From: Clostridia bacterium
GTDB taxonomy: Bacteria; Bacillota; Clostridia; CAKSNL01; HGM11501
DNA length: 64,000 nucleotides
Assembly: GCA_045545475.1 (NCBI GenBank)
Contig: JAZQAZ010000040.1
Span: 1 to 64,000 of the forward strand
Reading direction: 5' to 3'
The number at the start of each line of letters is the position of its first letter. Within the stretch, counting starts at the first letter, position 1. Under the pieces are notes generated by a model. The model saw nothing but the letters and a program-made list of their open reading frames with translations, was not told where the DNA came from and did not search any database. This document shows positions 26,103 through 36,868 of this stretch, in pieces. The position numbers and the translations under genes are program-made.

Positions 26103-27305
26103 TTAAAGGGAAAGCAGTTTTGCCATTATTTCAAAACCGTTTTCTATAAATTCTCCATACTTTTCCGCCTCATCCTCAGAAAAAGCAGATGCTCCATTGC
26201 CATAATCCCGTCCAGACTCAAATATCACCGCCGGCACCGGATCCGAAATGTGAGTCTTAATAGACACCGGTGTGGGATGGTCAGGCATAACAAGAAATCT
26301 GTAATCTTCTCCGGCTTCTTCCATGGCTTTCCTTATTGGGGCAATAATCTTTTCATCAATAAGACTTACCGCACGTACCTTTCCTGAAAGGTCACCCTGA
26401 TGTCCGCACTCATCCGGACCCTCTAAATGTATATAGATAAGGTCATTTCCGTCTTTTAATGCTTTAACGGCCGCTTCAGCTTTACCGTCATAATTTGTAT
26501 GAACCGTTCCTGTTATTCCATCAACCGGATAAACCGTCATATCGGCACATGCCGCAATACCTTTTATCAAGTCAACCGCAGAAATAACCGCACCTTTTTT
26601 TCCGTAAATATCATAAAACTTTGAAAGTGCGGGACGTGTTCCCTCTCCCCAGATCCAAAGTGAAGTAGCAGGATTTTTTCCTTCCGCAATGCGTTTTTGG
26701 TTTACCGGGTGATTCAAAAGAAGTTTCTCGCTCTTTTTCATTATCTCCAAAATCACTTCATTATCAGGAAGATACTCTCCCACCACCTTATCCGATATGT
26801 CATGAGGGGGAGTAAGTGTAAACTTACGCAAATCTGTCTCCCAACGCATAATATGGCGATAGCTTGTACCTGCAAAAAATCTTATCTTATCTGTCTTTAA
26901 ATTTTCGTCAATATAGGAAATAAGCTCAGCAGCTTCGCTTGATGAAATTTCACCTGCACTGTAATCAAGCATTGTTTTGTCTTCATAATTTTCCTCAGAT
27001 GAAAGCGTAACCAGATTAGCTCTGAAGCACATATCAGCATCTGTCAGCTTCACACCAACACTGGCTGCTTCCAAAGGAGAACGTCCGGTATAGCATTCCT
27101 TCGGTGAAAATCCCATTACAGAAAGATTTGCCACATCGCTTCCGGGCTTAAATCCGTCAGGCACTGTCTTAACCTTAAAAAGCCTTCCGCATCTTGCAAA
27201 CTCATCCATATTCGGAATATCTGCCGCCTCGTAAACAGTTTTTCCCGAAAGGCTGTCAATTTTATAATCTGCTGCACCGTCAGTCAATACTACTATGTAT
27301 TTCAT
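26103..27305 (-). CDS. apgM: Cofactor-independent phosphoglycerate mutase (ApgM type)
   Basis: DGAAD, PGSDVANL, GRSPLEAAS, PDECGH, PDHPTP..THISDPVP. Confidence 0.9.
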   Translation of the reverse strand: MKYIVVLTDGAADYKIDSLSGKTVYEAADIPNMDEFARCGRLFKVKTVPDGFKPGSDVANLSVMGFSPKECYTGRSPLEAASVGVKLTDADMCFRANLVTLSSEENYEDKTMLDYSAGEISSSEAAELISYIDENLKTDKIRFFAGTSYRHIMRWETDLRKFTLTPPHDISDKVVGEYLPDNEVILEIMKKSEKLLLNHPVNQKRIAEGKNPATSLWIWGEGTRPALSKFYDIYGKKGAVISAVDLIKGIAACADMTVYPVDGITGTVHTNYDGKAEAAVKALKDGNDLIYIHLEGPDECGHQGDLSGKVRAVSLIDEKIIAPIRKAMEEAGEDYRFLVMPDHPTPVSIKTHISDPVPAVIFESGRDYGNGASAFSEDEAEKYGEFIENGFEIMAKLLSL

Positions 27306-27507
27306 CAATCTCATTCCTTATCTAATATCGTCTTAATACCGGTCGGATATACCGATTCATACTAATTATACACCAAAACAGTTAAAAGTACAATAACAAA
27401 CTTATTAATATATTGTAAAATTTTTCTTCTTTTATATTGTAAATTACGTTATTTTGTGCTATACTATTATATTATAATGTAATTTAATGAAAGGAACTCT
27501 ATCAAAA

Positions 27508-30231
27508 ATGGGATTATTCACTAAAATCTTCGGTACTCACAGTGACCGTGAAATAAAAAAGATAATGCCTGTTGTTGAAAAAATTTTGGCTTTGGAACCC
27601 TCCATGCAGGCACTTTCCGACAGCGAGCTTTCTGCCCAGACAGAAAAATTCAAAGAACGCTATAAAAACGGAGAAAGCTTGGATTCCCTTCTTCCCGAAG
27701 CCTTTGCCACGGTAAGGGAAGCTTCTTTCAGAGTTTTGGCAAAGAAACCCTTCCCAGTTCAGCTTATGGGCGGTATAATTCTCCACGAAGGAAGAATTGC
27801 CGAAATGAAAACAGGTGAAGGAAAAACCCTTACCGCAACGCTTCCGGCATACCTTAATGCAATTGCAGGAGAAGGCGTCCACGTCGTTACCGTAAACGAA
27901 TACCTTGCCTCCACCCAGGCAGAAGAAATGGGAAAACTTTTTAACTTCCTTGGTCTATCCGTGGGCACCACTTTAAGCGGAAGAAGTCCCGAGGAGAAAA
28001 GAGCTGCATACAATGCCGATATCACCTACGGAACAAATAACGAATTCGGCTTTGACTACCTGCGTGACAATATGGTTATCTATAAAGAAAACATGGTTCA
28101 GCGTCCGCATGCCTTTGCAATTGTTGACGAAGTAGACTCCATATTAATCGACGAGGCAAGAACCCCTCTTATTATAAGCGGTCGTGGCGAGGAATCATCC
28201 GTTCTGTACACCCATGCAGACCGATTTGCCAAAACGCTCAAAGCTTTCTATATCAAGGAAACCAACGACAAGGAAAGTAACGATAACATTGATGCTGACT
28301 ATATCGTTGAAGAACGCACCAAATCTGTAACGCTTACCGCAAACGGTATTAAAAAGGCAGAAATAGCATTTAATATTGAAAACCTGTCTGATCCGGAAAA
28401 TATGACCTTAAGCCACCATATCAATCAGGCTGTAAGGGCAAATTCTATTATGAAACGTGACGTTGACTATGTGGTGAAGGACGGAGAAATCATCATTGTT
28501 GACGAATTTACAGGCCGACTTATGTACGGAAGACGATATAACGAAGGCTTGCATCAGGCAATAGAGGCAAAGGAAGGCGTAAAAGTAGCAAACGAATCAA
28601 GAACGCTTGCAACCATCACTTTCCAGAATTATTTCAGACTTTATAAAAAGCTTTCGGGTATGACCGGTACCGCCATTACAGAGGAAGAAGAATTCAGGGA
28701 AATATACCGACTTGACGTTGTATCAATCCCCACAAACCGACCCATGATAAGAGTTGACCATGATGACAGAGTTTATAAAAACGAACGTGGCAAATTTATG
28801 GCAATTGCCGCACAGGTGGAAGAGTGCCACAAAAAAGGTCAGCCGATTCTGGTAGGTACCATTTCCATTGAAAAATCAGAAGCACTTTCTGCTCTCTTAA
28901 AGAAAAAAGGTATCCCCCATCAGGTTCTTAATGCAAAACACCACGAAAAGGAAGCTCATATCGTCGCTCAGGCCGGAAGAAAAGGTGCAGTTACCATATC
29001 CACCAATATGGCCGGCCGTGGAACAGATATTCTTCTTGGCGGTAATCCGGAAATCATGGCTCTTGATCAGATGAGAAAAGAAGGCTATGAGGAATCCGTT
29101 GTTGCCGAAGCCAATATCCACACCCCCACCGTCGATCCTGAAATTCTTTCCGCCAGAGAGCACTTCAATGAGCTCTATAAGGAATTCAAGGTCGAAACAG
29201 ACAAGGAGCACGAAGAGGTTGTATCTTCAGGCGGTCTTTTCATCCTTGGTACCGAGCGTCATGAATCAAGACGAATTGACAATCAGCTCCGTGGACGAAG
29301 CGGAAGACAGGGTGATCCCGGCGAATCAAGATTTTTAATCGCACTTGACGATGATCTGATGCGACGTTTCGGCTCCGACAGGATAGAGACCATCATGAGC
29401 ATGACAGGTTTTTCCGATGATGAGCCTATTGAAGCAAAAATGCTTTCCGGCGTAATAGAAAACGCTCAGAAGAGAGTTGAAAGCAACCACTTCGCTGTCA
29501 GACGTAATGTTCTAAGATACGACGATGTCATAAACCAGCAAAGAAGTGTAATGTATGCACAGCGTGCAATGGTTCTTGATAACAAGGATTTGAAGCAGAA
29601 CATCATATCCATGGCGGAAAAGGTGTTCTCCGAAATCTTAAGCGTATATGCTTCAGACAACTATGCCGATAACTGGGAATGGGAAGGTTTAAATGCCGCT
29701 GTTTCCAAAATACTCCCCCTTGAAGCTCCATTAAACTATGACCGAGACACATATGACCGTCTCTCACGAGAATGGGTTCTTGAAGATTTAATGAAGCTTT
29801 TCAATGAAAACTATGAAAAGCAGGAGGAAATCTTCGGCGACGAAATGCGTGAGGTTGAGCGTGTAATCATGCTTCAGGTGGTTGACCGTCACTGGATGCA
29901 GCATATCGATGACCTTGCACAGCTTCGTGAAGGTATTTCTCTACGTGCCTATGCACAGCACGATCCGGTGGTTGAATATCAATCTGTAAGTTCAGAAATG
30001 TTCGATGAAATGAATGCATCAATCAGAGAGGAAACCGTAAGCGGAATTATGCATGTAAGAAAAAGAAGCGATGCAACCGAGCGTAAACAGGTTGCAAAAG
30101 CGGTCTCCACAGGCGAAAGCAAGGAAGTTGCAAGAAAACCCGTGGTAAACGAAGAAAAGAAAGTTGGCAGAAACGATCCCTGTCCCTGCGGCAGCGGCAA
30201 GAAATATAAACAATGTTGTATGGAAAAATAA
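27508..30231 (+). CDS. secA: Preprotein translocase ATPase SecA
   Basis: [43 protein letters not shown]. Confidence 0.99.
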   Translation: MGLFTKIFGTHSDREIKKIMPVVEKILALEPSMQALSDSELSAQTEKFKERYKNGESLDSLLPEAFATVREASFRVLAKKPFPVQLMGGIILHEGRIAEMKTGEGKTLTATLPAYLNAIAGEGVHVVTVNEYLASTQAEEMGKLFNFLGLSVGTTLSGRSPEEKRAAYNADITYGTNNEFGFDYLRDNMVIYKENMVQRPHAFAIVDEVDSILIDEARTPLIISGRGEESSVLYTHADRFAKTLKAFYIKETNDKESNDNIDADYIVEERTKSVTLTANGIKKAEIAFNIENLSDPENMTLSHHINQAVRANSIMKRDVDYVVKDGEIIIVDEFTGRLMYGRRYNEGLHQAIEAKEGVKVANESRTLATITFQNYFRLYKKLSGMTGTAITEEEEFREIYRLDVVSIPTNRPMIRVDHDDRVYKNERGKFMAIAAQVEECHKKGQPILVGTISIEKSEALSALLKKKGIPHQVLNAKHHEKEAHIVAQAGRKGAVTISTNMAGRGTDILLGGNPEIMALDQMRKEGYEESVVAEANIHTPTVDPEILSAREHFNELYKEFKVETDKEHEEVVSSGGLFILGTERHESRRIDNQLRGRSGRQGDPGESRFLIALDDDLMRRFGSDRIETIMSMTGFSDDEPIEAKMLSGVIENAQKRVESNHFAVRRNVLRYDDVINQQRSVMYAQRAMVLDNKDLKQNIISMAEKVFSEILSVYASDNYADNWEWEGLNAAVSKILPLEAPLNYDRDTYDRLSREWVLEDLMKLFNENYEKQEEIFGDEMREVERVIMLQVVDRHWMQHIDDLAQLREGISLRAYAQHDPVVEYQSVSSEMFDEMNASIREETVSGIMHVRKRSDATERKQVAKAVSTGESKEVARKPVVNEEKKVGRNDPCPCGSGKKYKQCCMEK

Positions 30232-30360
30232 ATTCAATAAAGAATTTATTTTTCCAAAATTGTGCGAGCGTTGCCGACGTAGCCGAGTTTTACGGAGTAT
30301 TTACTCGGCGTAAGTCGGCTGTAAAACGCGAACAGCCTTTTGTGCACTGCTCGGAACAAA
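30222..30360 (+). repeat. Modular hairpin repeat, locus 6 (C-B-A), inverted relative to the other loci
   Basis: GAAAAATAAATTC-AATAAA-GAATTTATTTTTC; GCCGAC..GCCGAGT-TTTACGGAGTATTT-ACTCGGC..GTCGGC; AAAACGC-GAACA-GCCTTTT. Confidence 0.85.
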
Positions 30361-30410
30361 CTCTATATCAAAAAAATCCTTCAACAATCTCCAGAAAGGA
30401 ATAAATAACC

Positions 30411-31523
30411 ATGCTTGAATTTGACGAATACAGATTAAACCTTGCCAGAAAGGAAGAACCTTTGGCACAATTAAATCAGTCCATGAACATACCCGGACTC
30501 GAAACACAGATTGAGGAAAAGGAAAAGCTTACCTTAGACCCCAACTTTTATAATGACACCAAGGAATCCCAGAAGGTACTCAAGGAAATAAATCTCCTTA
30601 AGAGTAAGGTTGCAAAATATAAGAGCGTTTACTCTACCTGGGAGGATTTAACCTCTCTTTGTGAGCTTGGCGACGAAATGGAGGACTTATCTGTCCTCGA
30701 GGAGCTTGCAGCAGGAATTGAGGCTTTTGAAAAATCCCTTGAGGATCTGCGTCTTGAAACCCTTCTCTCCGGTCCCTATGACAGAAACAATGCACTTATG
30801 ACAATCCATGCAGGTGCAGGCGGAACCGAAGCACACGACTGGGCGGAAATGCTCCTTCGTATGTATGAACACTGGGCTGAACGCAAAGGTTTCACAGTTA
30901 AACTTCTTGACTGTCTCGACGGAGAAGAAGCCGGTGTAAAGAGTGCAACCCTTTCCATTGAAGGCGAAAACGCTTACGGCTATGCCAAGGCCGAAAACGG
31001 AGTTCACCGCTTGGTTCGTATCTCCCCCTTTGACTCTGCCAGCCGTCGTCATACCTCATTTGCTTCCTGCGAAGTAATCCCAGAAATAGATGAGGACTTG
31101 AACGTAGAAATCAATCCTGATGACTTAAGAGTTGACACCTATCGATCCAGCGGTGCAGGCGGTCAGCACGTTAATAAAACCGAATCTGCAATAAGAATAA
31201 CCCATATTCCCACGGGTATCGTTGTCTCTTGTCAGAACGAGCGAAGCCAGATTCAGAACAGAGAAACAGCAATGAAAATGCTCAAATCCAAGCTTGTTGA
31301 AATTGCAGAGCGTGAGCATTATGAGAAAATTTCAGACATTAAGGGTGTGCAGAAGGATAATGCCTGGGGTAGCCAGATTCGTTCCTACGTTTTCTGTCCC
31401 TACACTATGGTAAAGGACCACAGAACCAACTTCGAAGTTGGTAATATTGATGCCGTAATGGACGGAGAAATTGACGGATTCATCAACGAATACTTAAAGG
31501 CTGCAAACCTCGGCACACTGTAA
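30411..31523 (+). CDS. prfB: Peptide chain release factor 2, uninterrupted ORF
   Basis: SPF and GGQ motifs; follows secA. Confidence 0.97.
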   Translation: MLEFDEYRLNLARKEEPLAQLNQSMNIPGLETQIEEKEKLTLDPNFYNDTKESQKVLKEINLLKSKVAKYKSVYSTWEDLTSLCELGDEMEDLSVLEELAAGIEAFEKSLEDLRLETLLSGPYDRNNALMTIHAGAGGTEAHDWAEMLLRMYEHWAERKGFTVKLLDCLDGEEAGVKSATLSIEGENAYGYAKAENGVHRLVRISPFDSASRRHTSFASCEVIPEIDEDLNVEINPDDLRVDTYRSSGAGGQHVNKTESAIRITHIPTGIVVSCQNERSQIQNRETAMKMLKSKLVEIAEREHYEKISDIKGVQKDNAWGSQIRSYVFCPYTMVKDHRTNFEVGNIDAVMDGEIDGFINEYLKAANLGTL

Positions 31524-31542
31524 AAGAAAGGAGGCTCTCCGT

Positions 31543-32037
31543 ATGGAAAAATGGGATATACTGAATTCTGCCGGAGAACCTACCGGAGAAACAGTAGTAA
31601 GATCGGCCAACGCATTAAAGGAAGGCCAGTATCACCTGGTGGTGCATATCTGGGTTATAAACGATAAGAAGAAAACACTCATTCAAAAGCGAAGTGATAC
31701 GGTGAATATTCTCCCGGGCATTTGGGCAACCACAAGCGGATCTGCTTTAAGCGGAGAAACGGAATTGGATGCCGCTAAGAGAGAGCTTTCCGAAGAGCTT
31801 GGGATTAAATCCGGCGACGAGGAGCTGATACTTATAAAGAAGTATCGAGGCAGAAACAACTTCGTTTACGTTTATGCCGTACATAAAAATGTAGGAATCT
31901 CTGAAATCACAATGCAGGCGGAAGAGGTTCAGGCAGTAAAGTGGGTCACTTCTGATGAACTTTCGGATATGGTACATAAAAAGCAGTTTCATCACTATAA
32001 CTATATGGCTGAGCTTTATGAATATATGAATAAATAA
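31543..32037 (+). CDS. NUDIX hydrolase (IDI-like)
   Basis: G..LSGETELDAAKRELSEELG Nudix box. Confidence 0.9.
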   Translation: MEKWDILNSAGEPTGETVVRSANALKEGQYHLVVHIWVINDKKKTLIQKRSDTVNILPGIWATTSGSALSGETELDAAKRELSEELGIKSGDEELILIKKYRGRNNFVYVYAVHKNVGISEITMQAEEVQAVKWVTSDELSDMVHKKQFHHYNYMAELYEYMNK

Positions 32038-32067
32038 ACGGTTGGGTGTTCCCCAACCGTTTTTCTG

Positions 32068-32171
32068 TTGACCGTTCTCTTTTTTCGTGCTATACTGTTT
32101 TCAGAGGTTGACTCATTTTTATATCTGAAGCAGCATTTTTGCTGTGAGGTAGGTAGGAGTCAGCCTCTTTT
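32068..32171 (+). ncRNA. Rod-shaped sRNA 1 (about 32103-32171) with promoter
   Basis: TTGACC-17-TG.TATACT; AGAGGTTGACTC...GAGTCAGCCTCT followed by T tract. Confidence 0.6.
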
Positions 32172-32211
32172 CTCATTTATGACACCTTGACTTTTAATCA
32201 AGTGCTCTTTC

Positions 32212-32327
32212 TTGACAAATTTAAATAAATCTGCTACAGTATATGTAGTAGTTGAAATGTTTTTTGTGGAGCCGCCGCTACGAGTTTTCTCGAAAGTGCG
32301 TCCTCCAACATTATCAGCTACTTTTTT
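32212..32327 (+). ncRNA. Rod-shaped sRNA 2 (about 32247-32327) with promoter
   Basis: TTGACA-17-TG.TACAGT; AGTAGTTGA...TCAGCTACT followed by T tract. Confidence 0.6.
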
Positions 32328-32370
32328 CATTTCCGCCAAATAAAAAATCCCCTTATCGGGGATTTTTTAT

Positions 32371-34356
32371 TTAATCAAGTTCTTTTTTTCCTGTATAAAG
32401 TTCGTAATAGCGTCCCTTTAATTTGAGAAGCTCGTCGTGAGTTCCCTCTTCCATAATTTCGCCCTTTTCAAGAACAATAATTTTATCCGCATTTCTTACG
32501 GTGGAAAGACGGTGAGCAATTACAAAGGTGGTACGCTCCTTCATAAGGCGATCCATACCGTGCTCGATGTGCATTTCCGTACGGGTGTCGACGGAGCTTG
32601 TCGCCTCGTCAAGCACTAAAATCGGAGCCTTACTTATTGCCGCACGGGCAATGTTAAGTAGCTGCCTCTGACCCTGGGAAAGGTTTTGACCATCTCCCAT
32701 AATTTCCGTTTCGTAACCCTTTGAAAGCCTCATAATAAAGCTGTGGGCACTGGCGGTTTTTGCCGCTGCAATAACATCTTCATCCGTGGCATCAAGTCTG
32801 CCATATCGGATATTTTCCATAATTGTACCGGAGAAAAGATGGGTATCCTGAAGCACCATGGCAATGTTTTCACGAAGGGATTCCCTCGTATATCCCTTAA
32901 TCGGTACACCGTCAATGGTTATCTCTCCGCTTCCCACATCGTAAAATCTGTTGATAAGATTTGTGATGGTTGTCTTTCCCGCACCGGTTGACCCTACAAA
33001 GGCAACCTTTTCACCGGGACGTGCCACAACGGAAAGATTTTTAAGGATAAGCCTTTCTTCCGTGTAGCCGAAGTTTACGTTTTTAAGGATAACCTCGCCC
33101 TTTATTTCGCCCATTTCTACTGCATCAGTACTGTCTGCTATCTCCGGAGAGGTATCCATAACCTTAAACACACGCTCCGCACCGGCAAGAGCGGAGAACA
33201 CATTACTCATTTGCATGGAGATCATATTAATAGGCTGGGCAAACTGCCTGGAATAGTTGGCAAATACCGTAAGTGCACCGGGGGTGAATCCGCTTGTTAT
33301 CATCATAATACCGCCGATTCCCACAGTAATGGCATAGGTAATCTGGCTTGTATTTCCCATAACGGGCCCCATAATACCGCCGTAAAACTGAGCTTTAAAC
33401 TGAGTGTCACGAAGATCATTGTTGAGAAGCAAAAACTCATCCTCGCATACGCTTTCGTGGTTAAACACCTTAACAACCTTCTGACCTGTTACGCTTTCCT
33501 CAATATAACCGTTAACCGCACCCAATGATGCCTGCTGACCTTTGTAGAAGCGACGGCCTCTTTTAGATATTGCCGCTCCGCCGAAAACAAAGATTGGCAC
33601 AAATAAAACGGTAACCATTGTAAGTACCCAGTTGGTTGTTATCATGAATACAAATGTACCAACAAGGGAGATAGAGCCTGAAATAAGCGATACAAGAGAG
33701 TTGTCAAGCATCATACCGATGTTGTCAACGTCGTTGGTAAAACGGCTCATAACGTCGCCTGTACTCTCGTTGTCAAAATACTTTAACGGGAGGGACTGAA
33801 GCTTTGCAAAAAGCTCGTTTCTTATCCTCTCCAAAGAGCCTTGGGTGATGGAAAGCATAAGTCTCGACTGAAAATATCCGGATAAAGCACCCACAAGATA
33901 AATTGTAAGAAGAATAACAATTCCCGCTATCATGTAGGTTAATACCTCGTAAAGCCTGCCTTCGGCAAAGATTCCCGAAAGAAACTCCGTTTTGGTAAGC
34001 GAGGTAATAATTTTGTCTGCAAACTCCTCAAGAGCACTTACTTCAACCTCTGCATCAGGCGATGCCGTAAGGGCAATTTTGTCTATTATGGGAGCCAGCA
34101 TGAATGAACCGAAAAGTGCTGTCAACGTATGAGTAACCATAAGAAGCATAACAAGTGCAAGCTTGAACTTATAGCTTGCCATATACTTCCAGAGTCTCTT
34201 AACTGTTTTACTTGTATCCTTAGGCTTTCCTCCGAGACCTCTCGCCATAGGTCCACCTCTGCCCGGGCCACCCGGTCCTCTTCCCTGAGCACCCGTAGCC
34301 ATATTATTATGGCCGGTGTTATACTGCTTTTTAAGTTCGTCAATATTTCTTGCCAT
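32371..34356 (-). CDS. ABC exporter, fused permease-ATPase
   Basis: GSTGAGKT, LSQGQRQ, LDEATS, IAHRLS. Confidence 0.95.
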   Translation of the reverse strand: MARNIDELKKQYNTGHNNMATGAQGRGPGGPGRGGPMARGLGGKPKDTSKTVKRLWKYMASYKFKLALVMLLMVTHTLTALFGSFMLAPIIDKIALTASPDAEVEVSALEEFADKIITSLTKTEFLSGIFAEGRLYEVLTYMIAGIVILLTIYLVGALSGYFQSRLMLSITQGSLERIRNELFAKLQSLPLKYFDNESTGDVMSRFTNDVDNIGMMLDNSLVSLISGSISLVGTFVFMITTNWVLTMVTVLFVPIFVFGGAAISKRGRRFYKGQQASLGAVNGYIEESVTGQKVVKVFNHESVCEDEFLLLNNDLRDTQFKAQFYGGIMGPVMGNTSQITYAITVGIGGIMMITSGFTPGALTVFANYSRQFAQPINMISMQMSNVFSALAGAERVFKVMDTSPEIADSTDAVEMGEIKGEVILKNVNFGYTEERLILKNLSVVARPGEKVAFVGSTGAGKTTITNLINRFYDVGSGEITIDGVPIKGYTRESLRENIAMVLQDTHLFSGTIMENIRYGRLDATDEDVIAAAKTASAHSFIMRLSKGYETEIMGDGQNLSQGQRQLLNIARAAISKAPILVLDEATSSVDTRTEMHIEHGMDRLMKERTTFVIAHRLSTVRNADKIIVLEKGEIMEEGTHDELLKLKGRYYELYTGKKELD

Positions 34357-34359
34357 GAC

Positions 34360-36093
34360 TCACACCTCCTTCCCCGACATCTGCGAGGTATAAATTTCCT
34401 TATATTCCTCGTTGGATGAAAGAAGCTCGTCATGAGTTCCGACACCGGTAATCACGCCGTCGTCCATAACAATTATTTTATCAGCTTCCATAACAGAAGA
34501 AATTCTCTGTGCAATAATAATTTTGGTAGAATCCGGAATTTCTGCCTTAAGTGCCGCCCTTATCTTTGCCTCAGTCGCCGTATCAACAGCACTGGTGGAA
34601 TCATCGAGTATCAAAATTTTCGGCTTTTTTATTAAAGCTCTTGCAATGCAAAGTCTCTGTTTCTGACCTCCGGATACGTTCACACCGCCCTGCTCAAGCT
34701 CCTTTTCATAGCCTTCAGAGGAAGCTTCGATAAATCCTCTGGCCTGAGCACTTTCACTTGCCTTTACAATATCTTCATCGGTGGCGTTTTCATCGCCCCA
34801 TAATAAATTATCACGAATAGTACCCGAGAATAAAATGTTTTTCTGAAGCACCATACCAACGCCGTCTCGTAAGTTTTTAAGACTGTATTCCGATACCGGC
34901 ACACCGTCAACCAAAACTTCTCCCTCATCGGGATCGTACAGTCTCGGAATCATGGAAACCAACGTGGTTTTACCGCAGCCGGTGGAACCGATTATACCCA
35001 CCGTCTCCCCTGCTTCTATTTTCACATTGATGTTTTTAAGCACTTCGTCGGGACTGTCCTTGTAATAGCGGAAGGACATATCACGAAATTCCACTTCTCC
35101 ACGTGTAACTTTAAGTTCGGGATATTTTGCATCATCGTCAGTAATATCCGACTTTTCATCCAGAACCTCTTTTATTCTTCTTGCGGAAGCAAGAGCACGG
35201 GATGAATGCATAAGCATCATTGTTACCATCATTAATGATGATAAAATCTGAGTAACGTATGTAATAAAGGAAGAAAGGTCGCCTATAGGCATGGGAAAAT
35301 CCACATCAAGCACCATTTTTCCGCCAAACCACAAAACTGCAATGGTAGTAAAGTTCATAAATATGGTCATTACGGGGCCCATAAAAATCATAACTTTAAC
35401 TGCAGACATATTCGCTTCCTTAAGATCGGCATTGGCGTTTCCAAACTTTTCGATTTCATGCTGTTCACGGACAAAGGATTTTACAACACGGACATTTGTG
35501 ATATTCTCCTGCACCGTTGAGTTAAGCTTATCTACCTTGACCTGCATTTTTCCGAATCTGGGAAAACCTGTTCTTATGATGAATATAACAGAAACAAGCA
35601 TAAGAGGAATTGTAACAGCTAAAACCACCGCAAGAGATGGCTTTAACCTTATTGCCATAATAAGTGCACCGATAAGCATACCGGGCGAACGAAGGAACAT
35701 ACGAAGCAGCATATTCACAAAGTTCTGCACCTGGGTTACGTCGTTGGTAAGACGGGTAACAAGGGAGCCGGTTGAAAATTTGTCAATATTGGCAAAGGAA
35801 AAGCCCTGTACCCTTTTATAAATATCCTGTCTCAAATCTGCCGCAAAATTAACCGACGCCTTTGCTCCGAAATATGCACCGCCGACACCGCCTGCCATCA
35901 TAATGAGGGCAAGACCAATCATACAAAGTGACATTTCAATGGAAAAGCCTATACCCTTTGCAACGCTTTCATTGATAATTCCGGCAAGAAAGCGAGGCAT
36001 AAAAACTTCGCCGATAACCTCGATAATCATACAAAGAGGTCCCAAGATGAAATACAATAGATACGGTTTTATGTATTTAGTCCACCGTTTCAT
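34360..36093 (-). CDS. ABC exporter, fused permease-ATPase (degenerate-site partner)
   Basis: GSTGCGKT, VSGGQKQ, LDDSTS, IAQRIS. Confidence 0.95.
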   Translation of the reverse strand: MKRWTKYIKPYLLYFILGPLCMIIEVIGEVFMPRFLAGIINESVAKGIGFSIEMSLCMIGLALIMMAGGVGGAYFGAKASVNFAADLRQDIYKRVQGFSFANIDKFSTGSLVTRLTNDVTQVQNFVNMLLRMFLRSPGMLIGALIMAIRLKPSLAVVLAVTIPLMLVSVIFIIRTGFPRFGKMQVKVDKLNSTVQENITNVRVVKSFVREQHEIEKFGNANADLKEANMSAVKVMIFMGPVMTIFMNFTTIAVLWFGGKMVLDVDFPMPIGDLSSFITYVTQILSSLMMVTMMLMHSSRALASARRIKEVLDEKSDITDDDAKYPELKVTRGEVEFRDMSFRYYKDSPDEVLKNINVKIEAGETVGIIGSTGCGKTTLVSMIPRLYDPDEGEVLVDGVPVSEYSLKNLRDGVGMVLQKNILFSGTIRDNLLWGDENATDEDIVKASESAQARGFIEASSEGYEKELEQGGVNVSGGQKQRLCIARALIKKPKILILDDSTSAVDTATEAKIRAALKAEIPDSTKIIIAQRISSVMEADKIIVMDDGVITGVGTHDELLSSNEEYKEIYTSQMSGKEV

Positions 36094-36551
36094 TTAATCT
36101 GTCCTTTCTCTTTTAGATTTTCTTTCATTTTTTTAAGTGTTTCGATAAATGCAACAAGCTCATCCTCCGTTACTCCCGTAACCATATCCTTGTCGATGGA
36201 GTCGAAAATTTCCCGTGAACGCATAACGACGTTTCTGCCCTTTTCTGTGATTGTAACATCGTTGTATCTTGCATCCTTGTCGGAGGTTTTTCTCTGGATA
36301 TACCCTCCCTCTATAAGTTTCTTAACAGAAACTGCTGCAGCCGCAGGCGTTATGGAAAGAGACTCTGCCAATTCTTTCTGCGAAACCGCCTTTCCGAAAC
36401 GGTAAAGATGCATAAGCATAACGTGCTGACTTCTGTGAAGCTTAATTTCTTCAAGCCTCTTTTCAACAACCTTTTTGTGCAAACGGTCCGTGCACATAAA
36501 AAGCCCCACCGCCTCGTGATAGAGACTTTTTTCCTTTGTATTTTTCTCCAT
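36090..36551 (-). CDS. MarR family regulator
   Basis: SQKELAESL.IT...L..GGYI.R....DAR...V..T.KG. Confidence 0.9.
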   Translation of the reverse strand: MEKNTKEKSLYHEAVGLFMCTDRLHKKVVEKRLEEIKLHRSQHVMLMHLYRFGKAVSQKELAESLSITPAAAAVSVKKLIEGGYIQRKTSDKDARYNDVTITEKGRNVVMRSREIFDSIDKDMVTGVTEDELVAFIETLKKMKENLKEKGQIK

Positions 36552-36686
36552 AGGTCACCTCCTGAAATAAATAGAAGACAGTTAAAGCGTTAATAATTAA
36601 CACCTTAACCGTTAACTATTTAATTATATTATAATGCGGTGCTTTTGTCAATAGAAAAAGGAGCTTTTTCACCCCTCCCTCACATA

Positions 36687-36746
36687 TGTCATTCTTCCAT
36701 CGGAGATTTTCCAGTCAGAGACGAAAATCTCCGATGGAAGAATCTC
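36687..36746. repeat. TGTC-tagged palindromic repeat
   Basis: TGTCATTCTTCCATCGGAGATTTTC...GAAAATCTCCGATGGAAGAATCTC. Confidence 0.8.
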
Positions 36747-36751
36747 ACTTC

Positions 36752-36868
36752 TTGACAAATTCAAATAAATCTGCTACAGTATATGCAGAGGTTAGATTTT
36801 TCGATGTGTATTCTGAAGTCGGATTTGTTCCGGCTTTAAGGACACCTGAAATGTCAACCTCATTTTTT
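36752..36868 (+). ncRNA. Rod-shaped sRNA 3 (about 36787-36868) with promoter
   Basis: Promoter 36/37 identical to that of sRNA 2; AGAGGTT...AACCTC followed by T tract. Confidence 0.6.
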
